DNA of 10,011 nucleotides from Promethearchaeota archaeon. Lineage in GTDB: Archaea > Asgardarchaeota > Lokiarchaeia > Sigyniarchaeales > SOKP01. Each line of letters starts with the position of its first letter. Positions within the stretch are counted from its first letter, which is position 1. The notes beneath the pieces were generated by a model. That model did no database searches. It had not been told where the DNA came from and was given only the letters and a program-made list of their open reading frames with translations. Both the position numbers and the translations under genes were made by a program. The DNA lies in contig SDNY01000130.1 in the NCBI GenBank assembly GCA_004524535.1, positions 1-10,011 of the forward strand, read 5' to 3'. This document shows positions 1 to 7,845 of the stretch, piece after piece.

Positions 1-297
1 ATCAAAAGGTTTGTAAACAACAGTTTTTCCGTAAAAATCTCGATATAATACATTTTTATGAACACTATAGCAAAATTTTGGAACGTCATCTATAGTTAAA
101 TTGTTTTTTATTCGCAATCTAAGTAAAAATCTCCGGGTACACATAGGAGTTAGTGTACAAGCTATACGATCTATCTCACATTCTTCAAAACATAACCTAT
201 CAATCCTCTTTATTAACATGTAAAGCAGTTCTGTATTCAATTTGTCATTTGAGGAGTTTTCTAAGAATTTTTCAATATGTTCAGGATCTAAAGGCAT
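1..297 (-). CDS. Cys-rich hypothetical protein, 3' end runs off the window (99 aa visible)
   Basis: Manual translation from ATG at 297 is open to the window edge: MPLDPEHIEKFLENSSNDKLNTELLYMLIKRIDRLCFEECEIDRIACTLTPMCTRRFLLRLRIKNNLTIDDVPKFCYSVHKNVLYRDFYGKTVVYKPFD. It has a Cx3Cx6Cx5C cluster and is divergent from the 490 ORF. Confidence 0.75.
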   Translation of the reverse strand, partial: MPLDPEHIEKFLENSSNDKLNTELLYMLIKRIDRLCFEECEIDRIACTLTPMCTRRFLLRLRIKNNLTIDDVPKFCYSVHKNVLYRDFYGKTVVYKPFD

Positions 298-489
298 CTT
301 CTAAAAATTTTAGAAAGGAAATATTATTCTTAAAGTTACCATAACTACAAACTTAAATATTATTTATTATTTTTGGTGAAAATACCAATCATATCGATGT
401 GTGGGAAATTATTAATATGAATTATTTCTTCTTATCTAATATATTTAATTTCAATTAAGATTTCCATTAAATTTTTTAAATATTGTAAA

Positions 490-1014
490 ATGGATGAAAA
501 GAATAATTCTGAAAAAAAGAAAAGATTTACAGCTCCAGAGCAAATAAAATTTAAAAAAGAAATCTCAGTGAAATCACTTCCTAAAACATCCATATCAGAA
601 AAAACGGTTGAATCAGAAAAATCCTCACTTAAATCATCAAAGTTATCATTGACCCCAGAAGATATTCAATTAAGTTGGAAAAGTAAGATTGAGAGATTTC
701 AAAAAGTTAACAACAATATAACCATTAAATCCACCACAGAAAAACAAATCATGAAAGTAGAACGTCTTGTTAAACCTTCTTTAAAAATACCATTTAAAAT
801 TCATCAACCAAACTTAACGGATGAAATTGCTGTAGATAAAGAATTTAATTGGGTAAATAAATTACAACAGTTAATTGAGAAAAGAGATAGTACATTGAAA
901 ACTAGTTTATGTGAGAGATTTATTTCCGAATTATTAAATTCTTTAAAAGAACCATTAAAATTGGAAGATCTTAAGTATGCTGCAGATTGTTTTGTACAAT
1001 TAGAAAATTTATAA
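490..1014 (+). CDS. Hypothetical protein; Lys/Ser/Glu-rich, probably disordered N-terminus and helical C-terminus
   Basis: 174-aa ATG ORF in very AT-rich DNA; no family motif recognised. Confidence 0.65.
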   Translation: MDEKNNSEKKKRFTAPEQIKFKKEISVKSLPKTSISEKTVESEKSSLKSSKLSLTPEDIQLSWKSKIERFQKVNNNITIKSTTEKQIMKVERLVKPSLKIPFKIHQPNLTDEIAVDKEFNWVNKLQQLIEKRDSTLKTSLCERFISELLNSLKEPLKLEDLKYAADCFVQLENL

Positions 1015-1074
1015 GATATAAAAATTTATTAAATTAAGAAAAAACTCTAAATTTACATCCATATTATCTTCTTT

Positions 1075-1080
1075 AGGTGA
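1075..1080 (+). promoter_or_regulatory. Shine-Dalgarno-like site (AGGTGA) for the GTPase TTG start
   Basis: AGGTGA lies 7 nt upstream of TTG 1088 and matches the archaeal GGTGA-type ribosome-binding site. Confidence 0.6.
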
Positions 1081-1087
1081 ACAGGGA

Positions 1088-1738
1088 TTGGGAGAAGACA
1101 TTGATATAAAACTGGTGATTCTTGGAGAGGGAAATATAGGGAAAACTTCAATAATAAATAAATTCTTAGATAATGAGATTCCAGATAAATATATCCCAAC
1201 AATCGGATATAAGATAAACCATAAAGAATATATTTTAGGAAATAAGAAAATTCGAATAAATATTTGGGATTGTTGTGGTAAAAAAGCCTTCAATGAGGTC
1301 AATCCTGCTGTCTATAATAATATTGATGGGGCATTCTTAGTTTTTGATTTATCTAGAACAGAAGAAACTTTAAAAAATCTAAAAAAAGATCATGTCAACC
1401 ACTTAGATTATTATTGGAAAGAAGAGGAAGGGATTCTTTTTTTTATAGGAAATAAATTAGATTTAGTTTTAGTTAATAAGGATTTAGAACATGTAAAAAA
1501 TTATTTATCAGAAGATGATTTAATAATAGCCGTGTCCGCTTTGACCGGAGAGAATGTAAATGAATGTTTTGAATTATTAGTCTACACAGTATTAAAGCAA
1601 ACTAATAGAAATGAAGTTGCTGAAGAATTCATACAATTCATTGGAAAAACAGAGGGTGAGTTAATAAGTCAAGTAATAGATATAGCGAATATCGATATAC
1701 TTTTACTAAAAGAAAAAGTAAAACATTTGGAAAAATGA
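1088..1738 (+). CDS. Ras-superfamily (Rab-like) small GTPase
   Basis: G1 GEGNIGKT, G2 YIPTIG, G3 WDCCG, G4 NKLD, G5 SAL, plus the Rab-like strand GAFLVFDL. It has an extra C-terminal tail and no terminal prenylation cysteines. Confidence 0.93.
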   Translation: MGEDIDIKLVILGEGNIGKTSIINKFLDNEIPDKYIPTIGYKINHKEYILGNKKIRINIWDCCGKKAFNEVNPAVYNNIDGAFLVFDLSRTEETLKNLKKDHVNHLDYYWKEEEGILFFIGNKLDLVLVNKDLEHVKNYLSEDDLIIAVSALTGENVNECFELLVYTVLKQTNRNEVAEEFIQFIGKTEGELISQVIDIANIDILLLKEKVKHLEK

Positions 1739-1954
1739 TTCATGTAATAACGGAATTTGCTTATGAAAATTATTGTAAGATGAGGAAACAATAATAAAAA
1801 TGACTAAAAATTCTACCAATCTAAGTGTTTGAAGTAAGTTTTAATAATCGTAAATTAAATAGTTTTAAATAAATCCTTGAAAACTATTATTTATAAGAAA
1901 ATTATTCTTTTCATAATTACAAGACTAAATGAGGCAGTAGTTTAAATTAAAAAT

Positions 1955-2599
1955 ATGGATAAAGAAGATGAAGAAGAGGATTTCTATGCTCCTGTAGTGC
2001 CCCCTCCTCGCATAACACGCACAATCCCCTTAGATTCAGAAGAGTTATCTCAAGATATATTAAAAAAGATAGAAAAAATTGATACTGAAAACGTTAAACC
2101 TATTATTATCAAATGTGAGAGATGTGATAAGTACGTCTTACTTCCAATTCCAATTAAACCGGTTTTAGAATCGGAAAAAAGAGAGGTTCTTATTAATTAT
2201 GTTCATGAAAATAAAAAAAATGATGATAAACATTGCCTATTATTTGAAGTGGATCACGATTTTAATATAATATTACCAAAGACAATCGAAGTCATTATTT
2301 CTACAAAAAAAGAAGAAAATGATGAGGCAAAAAAATCTTCGGATATTAGATATGTTCTAATAAATTGTGAAAAATGTAATGAAAATATTCATGTACCGGT
2401 TCCAAAAAAAATAATTGAAGATTCTAAATTAACAAAAACTCCCATTACTTATGTTCATAAAAGTCTAAGCAATGATGATATTCACTGTGTTATATTATAC
2501 TTAGATTGCAATTTTGGCGATCGAGATACAAGATTTCCAGATGTTCTTATCCTATATCTATTTCCTTATTGGTTAAAAAAGAAATTTTATTTCACATAA
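1955..2599 (+). CDS. Protein with two tandem putative Zn-binding domains (CxxC...YVH...HC)
   Basis: C54xxC57/H84/H93C94 recur exactly 84 aa later as C138xxC141/H168/H177C178. The N-terminus is acidic and Pro-rich. Confidence 0.8.
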   Translation: MDKEDEEEDFYAPVVPPPRITRTIPLDSEELSQDILKKIEKIDTENVKPIIIKCERCDKYVLLPIPIKPVLESEKREVLINYVHENKKNDDKHCLLFEVDHDFNIILPKTIEVIISTKKEENDEAKKSSDIRYVLINCEKCNENIHVPVPKKIIEDSKLTKTPITYVHKSLSNDDIHCVILYLDCNFGDRDTRFPDVLILYLFPYWLKKKFYFT

Positions 2600-2661
2600 A
2601 AAGATGTAAGATTTTAAAATTAGAATATTTAAGATAGAATATTTTTCAAAGTTGATAATTT

Positions 2662-3984
2662 ATGGTAAATTGTTTAATTGTTGGTCATGGAGCAAGAGAA
2701 CACGTAATAGGTGAATCTCTAGTTCAAAGTGGCGCTAATTTATTTGCCTTTATGAGTTTTAAAAATGCAGGTTTAGAAGATTTAAGCAAAGGGAAAATAA
2801 AAATTCATTCTGAAACGGATTTCAAAGAAATAATTGAATTTGCAAAAGATAAAAAAATTGACTTTGCAGTTATCGGACCAGAAGCACCATTATGCGTGGG
2901 AATTGTAGATGCTCTAGAAAAAAGTAATATCCCTTGTATTGGTCCAAAAATAGAGGCTGCCCAATTGGAAGGGTCAAAAATATTTACCCGAAATTTGCTT
3001 AGAAAATATAAAATTCCCTCTAATATTGAAAGTGAGAGTTTTAACTCAATGGACGGCCTAAAAAGTTATATTAAAGATTTGGGTAAGGAAAATATTGTTG
3101 TAAAACCTGATGGTTTAACTGGTGGAAAAGGTGTCAAAGTATATGGAGATCACCTTTTTTCTATACAAGACATTTTAGATTACTGTCAAGAAATAATAGA
3201 TCAGAAAAGCCCATTTATTCTGGAAGAAAAATGCAATGGAGAGGAATTTACATTACAAACCTTTGTCGATGGGACAAATGTCATTAGAACACCTTTAGTT
3301 CAAGATCATAAAAGAGCATATGAAAATGACGAAGGGCCGAATACTGGAGGGATGGGATCATATTCCATGGAAGATCACCTTATGCCTTTCATTGATAAAA
3401 ATGATGTCGAAATGGCCTTAGAAGACATGACAAAAGTGGTTGCTGCAGTCAAAGCAGAAACGGGTGTAGAGTATAAAGGTTTCTTATACGGTCAATATAT
3501 GAAAACGTCTAAAGGTATAAAATTAATTGAATTTAACGCTAGATTTGGAGATCCTGAAGCAATGAATGTTTTACCTCTCTTAAAGAGTAATTTTGTAGAT
3601 ATTTGCCAAGGAATAATAGACGGGAAATTAACTAATAATGTAGAATTTGAGAAAAAAGCAACGGTCTGTAAATATTTAGCTCCCGAGGGATATCCGGTTT
3701 CACCGAAAAAAGATGAATTAGTAAAAATCGATGTAAATAAAATGGAAAAGATTGGAGCTAAATATTATTACGCTTCAGTTTATAGAGATAATGATAAGAT
3801 CTACACTACTACATCGAGAGCAATTGGAGTCTTAGGTATAGCTGAAAACCTTGAAAAAGCAGAAAAAATCGCAGAACAAGGTGTCAGTTGTGTTGAGGGA
3901 AAATTATTCCACCGAAAAGATGTGGGTACTCAACAATTACTTCAGAAAAGAATTGAGCACATGAATTCAATCTTAAAGAAGTGA
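2662..3984 (+). CDS. purD: Phosphoribosylamine--glycine ligase (GAR synthetase)
   Basis: Motifs GHGAREH, IGPEAPL, LEGSK, VVKPDGLTGGKGV, QDHKRAYENDEGPNTGGMGSYS and EFNARFGDPE. The VVKPxGLTGGKGV and GDPEAMNVL forms resemble archaeal PurD. Confidence 0.98.
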   Translation: MVNCLIVGHGAREHVIGESLVQSGANLFAFMSFKNAGLEDLSKGKIKIHSETDFKEIIEFAKDKKIDFAVIGPEAPLCVGIVDALEKSNIPCIGPKIEAAQLEGSKIFTRNLLRKYKIPSNIESESFNSMDGLKSYIKDLGKENIVVKPDGLTGGKGVKVYGDHLFSIQDILDYCQEIIDQKSPFILEEKCNGEEFTLQTFVDGTNVIRTPLVQDHKRAYENDEGPNTGGMGSYSMEDHLMPFIDKNDVEMALEDMTKVVAAVKAETGVEYKGFLYGQYMKTSKGIKLIEFNARFGDPEAMNVLPLLKSNFVDICQGIIDGKLTNNVEFEKKATVCKYLAPEGYPVSPKKDELVKIDVNKMEKIGAKYYYASVYRDNDKIYTTTSRAIGVLGIAENLEKAEKIAEQGVSCVEGKLFHRKDVGTQQLLQKRIEHMNSILKK

Positions 3985-4070
3985 TTTAGCAAGAATCTTT
4001 ACTGCTATATTATTTTATATTTTATAATAATCATTTTATAATAGTATTATACTTTCTTTTAAATTGAATA

Positions 4071-4556
4071 ATGTCAGAATCTTGGCACTCTAAAAATAAA
4101 AAATTCAACTCATTAATTAAACAGTTATTCCATGCTGATAATTGGCAAAAAAGAGCAGAGGCTGCCCGTGAGCTAGGGTTAATGAGAGATGGAAGAGCTG
4201 TAAACTTGCTCTGTCGTGCACTAAAATCAGAAATAGACAATTTGGTTCAAAATCGAATTATTGAAGCAATGGGCAGGATTGGAGATTGTCGAGCAACTAT
4301 GCGCATTATTGAAAAACTTGAAGAGGATCTTAATCAAGAAACTATTGACAAATATAGAATAATTTACATTATAGAGAGCCTTATGAATATTAAAGATAAA
4401 AGAGCTTTAGCTTCAATTGGTCAATTTTTAAACAATCCTGACAAGGATTTAAAAAAATTAGCAGAAAACGCATTTGATATAATAGAACCAAATTGGCGCC
4501 AAATAGTAAAGGAGAAAAGAAAAGAGAAATCAATAGAGGAAATTTTTAAAATTTAA
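4071..4556 (+). CDS. HEAT/PBS-lyase-like repeat protein
   Basis: Repeated helical pairs: RAEAARELGLMRDGRAVNLLCRAL, RIIEAMGRIGDCRATMRIIEKL, IIESLMNIKDKRALASIGQFL. Confidence 0.85.
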   Translation: MSESWHSKNKKFNSLIKQLFHADNWQKRAEAARELGLMRDGRAVNLLCRALKSEIDNLVQNRIIEAMGRIGDCRATMRIIEKLEEDLNQETIDKYRIIYIIESLMNIKDKRALASIGQFLNNPDKDLKKLAENAFDIIEPNWRQIVKEKRKEKSIEEIFKI

Positions 4557-4665
4557 ATATATATTTTTACAGACTCTTAAAAACTCGCTTTTTATCTACG
4601 GAAACCGAAATTAATAAATAATGCTTCTTTTGTAATAATAAATCCTATAAAATCATTTTTCCAAA

Positions 4666-5985
4666 ATGAGAAGTGAAAGGAATTTTTTCAATAAGAATCA
4701 AACTGATATTAATTCTTCTGTTGAAAATGACCGATTTAGTAGATTTTCAACTATTATATATTCAATTAGGGCCATCTGCATACTTTTGATAATAATATTT
4801 CACATAGGATATTGGTTTCTTACAATTAGACTTTATTCCAATATTTATCTTCTAATGATTTACGATTTCGCGCTTATCGGACTTGATCTCTTTTTTTTTT
4901 TAAGTGGGATGTTGTTAGTTTTTAACTTACTAAATTTTAATTATGAAAATCTTTCTTGGGTAAATTGGTATAAAAAGCGTGTAATTAGAATTTTTCCGGC
5001 TTATTGGCTAATGCTTTCGTTAATAATTTTTCTTCAATTTATAATATTTGGTAATATTTACGAATTATGTGCAATTTTAATTAATTTTAGTGGATTTCAA
5101 GCTTTATATATAGACAATCCAAATTTCATTATTATTCATTTTATTTATTGGTATATTACTATTATATTAAGTTGCTACATAATATTTCCATTATTGTTTA
5201 TTGCTTTAAGAAAAAATTTTAAAGGATCAATTTTAATAGGAGTTATTTTATTTGCGCTTTTTTTCTATTTTAACGATAACTTTGCAATAATTATAAAAAT
5301 TTTATCAAAGATTACAACCATCCAAAGTGGAACAATCGAGTTTTTTTTTTATAAATATTTTGTTTTTTTCTTTGGGATGGTTTTTGGATATTGGATTGGA
5401 GAAAATAATATGGAAAATCTTGAAAAAATGTATGAATTAAAAATAGGAATAACTCTTTCTATTCTCTTAACAATAACATTCTTAATGATTATAATAGGTT
5501 ATTTAAGATGGGTTTTCCCATTTATAACTTTTATTTTTATTCCATTTCTTCTATTTTTATTCAATAAATTTTTTAAAGCCAACAAATTTCTAACGTTCTT
5601 TGGAAAAAAATCTTATGAAATTTATTTAGTCCACAGTTTCATACATATTATACTTTTCCATGTCTTTTTTGATTTAATATCTTTGCCTGTGGACCTTGTT
5701 TTTGAACTATTAATCTTATCAATTTGGTTAATAATTGTTTTCCTTTTTGCTTATTTGATTCAAAATTTAGGGGATCAAATTATAAGAAAAGAAGAAATTC
5801 ATAAATATATCTATGTATTTGCTTTAAGCCTATTTATTTTTACATCTATATGTATTTTCTTAGTTTTTATTTTATCATTTATATTCGCTCTATGCATTTA
5901 TGTGTCCATTATCTTAATTCTAATATTATTTAATATATTTTATAAAAAAAGATTAAAAAGATTTGAAAATTTGAATCAAAATTAA
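4666..5985 (+). CDS. Acyltransferase family 3 (OafA/YrhL-like) integral membrane O-acyltransferase
   Basis: Family motifs SIRAICILLIIIFH, GLDLFFFLSG, KRVIRIFPAYW and GKKSYEIYLVH, with many hydrophobic helices. No fused SGNH domain is visible. Confidence 0.88.
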   Translation: MRSERNFFNKNQTDINSSVENDRFSRFSTIIYSIRAICILLIIIFHIGYWFLTIRLYSNIYLLMIYDFALIGLDLFFFLSGMLLVFNLLNFNYENLSWVNWYKKRVIRIFPAYWLMLSLIIFLQFIIFGNIYELCAILINFSGFQALYIDNPNFIIIHFIYWYITIILSCYIIFPLLFIALRKNFKGSILIGVILFALFFYFNDNFAIIIKILSKITTIQSGTIEFFFYKYFVFFFGMVFGYWIGENNMENLEKMYELKIGITLSILLTITFLMIIIGYLRWVFPFITFIFIPFLLFLFNKFFKANKFLTFFGKKSYEIYLVHSFIHIILFHVFFDLISLPVDLVFELLILSIWLIIVFLFAYLIQNLGDQIIRKEEIHKYIYVFALSLFIFTSICIFLVFILSFIFALCIYVSIILILILFNIFYKKRLKRFENLNQN

Positions 5986-6077
5986 ATCAAATACTTAGAT
6001 AATAAGAATTTAATAATAAGGTTATTTAAAATATTCTTATTCTTTATATCTTGTAATTATTAATCTATCTTTAAACG

Positions 6078-7187
6078 TTGAAGAAAAAAAATATTTGTTG
6101 TTGGGATTTAGAAGGCCCCATATCTGTGTTAGACTTTGCAGCTGAAATAGGAAGGATTTTAAGTAAGAAACCTGAATTAAAATTACAAAATTACAATATG
6201 GGCGATTTTTTTTTCATGATTTCAAATTACGATGATTATCTCATTGATACTCCTGGAATTAAAGAAAAATTAGGGATTCCCGAATATCAACCAGGGGATA
6301 CTCTTAGAATTATGGCCCCCTTATATGTAGCATGTTTTACAGATGAAGAGTTAATAAATTATGCTAGGAAAAATCTTGGATTACTCCCTGGTAGTAAAGA
6401 ATTAATGGCAAAATTACATGAGAACTGGAATATATTTGTGATATCAACAAGTTATTCTCACTTTGCTCATAATGTAACTAAGGCTTTAAATATCCCAAAA
6501 GATCATGTATATTGCACTGATTTACATATAAAGGAATTAAAAAAAGACTTAAAAAATATCGAAAAAAGTGTAGATCTTCTGGTAAGAGAAATATTTCGAA
6601 AATATGAAAAAAATAATAAAAAACTTGTAACTATTATTGAAGACTTAAACAACTTTTTTTGGAAAGGGATAGAATCTGATTACATTAAAGTCATGAATAG
6701 AGTAAAAGTTAGGGGGGGAAAAAGAAAAGAACTAGCAGTAGAAGAAATCTCTGAGATAGCCAATGTACCTATCTCGGATATGATTGCATTAGGTGATTCT
6801 ATCACCGATATCAACATGCTCCAAAGATTAAATGATGAAGGAGGGATCGCTGTTTCGTTTAATGGAAATCGATTCAGTGCTGAACGCGCTAATGTTGCAG
6901 CCACTACACCAAATAACCTTGGAGTCTTACCTATTTTTGAATCAAAAATCAATATTGAGCACTTCCTCGAAGATTGGGAAGCGGAATATGACAGTTTTAA
7001 AAATAATCCTAAAAGGATACCTAATGGATTAATTTCAAAACAGTGTAAGGATTATTTGATTCAATATAATTTTGTACCTGAACTTAGAAATTTAAAAAAC
7101 AAATCAAAAGCGCAGAAAAAACAAATTATCTCTCGACAAGAAAAAATGCGTAAGCTTGTAAGAGGTTGGGCCGGAAATCTAGGTTAA
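6078..7187 (+). CDS. HAD-superfamily hydrolase, EhaR/COG4030-like
   Basis: Motif I variant WDLEGPIS, YQPGDTL, motif II ISTSY, GGKRK, motif IV GDSITD, and VSFNGN. TTG start. Confidence 0.8.
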   Translation: MKKKNICCWDLEGPISVLDFAAEIGRILSKKPELKLQNYNMGDFFFMISNYDDYLIDTPGIKEKLGIPEYQPGDTLRIMAPLYVACFTDEELINYARKNLGLLPGSKELMAKLHENWNIFVISTSYSHFAHNVTKALNIPKDHVYCTDLHIKELKKDLKNIEKSVDLLVREIFRKYEKNNKKLVTIIEDLNNFFWKGIESDYIKVMNRVKVRGGKRKELAVEEISEIANVPISDMIALGDSITDINMLQRLNDEGGIAVSFNGNRFSAERANVAATTPNNLGVLPIFESKINIEHFLEDWEAEYDSFKNNPKRIPNGLISKQCKDYLIQYNFVPELRNLKNKSKAQKKQIISRQEKMRKLVRGWAGNLG

Positions 7188-7197
7188 ATTTTTATTT

Positions 7198-7818
7198 TTA
7201 TACCTTACTTTCTTGATTAGGAAAATGCTTCTTATAATATTTTATTCCAAAATAAAAATATCGCAATTTCTTAATACTCTTTCTAATTACAACGCTAATA
7301 ATAAAACATACAAAAGAAAATAATGGGATAATTAATATGTAATAAAAAATGGGTTGAACATTCAAAATCGATAAGAAAAATGCAAAATAACAAAGAAAGA
7401 ATATTGAAATAACGATATTAAGAATGTAAAAATCAGTCATTTTCTTACTATATGATAAAAACTCGTTACTTTTTATTTTTTCATAACAATCACAGCAAAT
7501 TAAAGGCATTTCAACATCGTAAGTTTCTTTATAATAAAGTTTGTGGATAATAGAGAGCATTCTATCAATCTTTTTTCCACATAATCTACATAAATATGCT
7601 TTTTTTAACCCTCTCTTAATAATTTCATCAATTCTCGTTTTTGAAAAATAACAATCATTATTCTCGTAATGGGAACATGTTTTACAAGTTAATTCAGCGT
7701 CTAAATATAAATCTTGAAAATAATCGCAAGGTCTAATTAAATGATCGTAATTAGAGTGATTTTTACAAATTACTCGACCTTTATCATCAATTTCAAACTT
7801 AAGTTCTTCAATTCCCAT
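7198..7818 (-). CDS. Cys-rich (putative Zn-finger) protein with two C-terminal transmembrane helices
   Basis: CKNH, CKTC...C, CRLC and CCDC clusters are followed by two hydrophobic segments (FYILNIVISIFFLCYFAFFLSIL and IFYYILIIPLFSFVCFIISVVI) and a basic tail. Confidence 0.75.
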   Translation of the reverse strand: MGIEELKFEIDDKGRVICKNHSNYDHLIRPCDYFQDLYLDAELTCKTCSHYENNDCYFSKTRIDEIIKRGLKKAYLCRLCGKKIDRMLSIIHKLYYKETYDVEMPLICCDCYEKIKSNEFLSYSKKMTDFYILNIVISIFFLCYFAFFLSILNVQPIFYYILIIPLFSFVCFIISVVIRKSIKKLRYFYFGIKYYKKHFPNQESKV

Positions 7819-7845
7819 TTTAGAATATAAAAGTAAGAGATTAGG

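Noticed and set aside
153-344. 63-aa plus-strand ORF
   Set aside because: It is largely an antisense shadow of the more protein-like minus-strand gene at 1-297.
1001-1087. Second intron or frameshift fusing the 490-1014 ORF to the GTPase (GTPase frame is open back to 1022)
   Set aside because: There is only a weak AT-only hairpin (TTTATA-AGA-TATAAA) with no proper BHB, and the nearest BHB-like excision does not reach the GTPase frame. The TTG start has its own AGGTGA site.
1009-1302. 97-aa minus-strand ORF (likewise 4031-4240, 6680-6952, 6832-7032 and 9188-9418)
   Set aside because: These are antisense or off-frame shadows of well-supported genes, with no motifs of their own.
1736-1738. Selenocysteine readthrough of TGA stops (GTPase, purD)
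   Set aside because: In-frame TAA/TAG stops follow within two or three codons, and no SECIS-like element was recognised.
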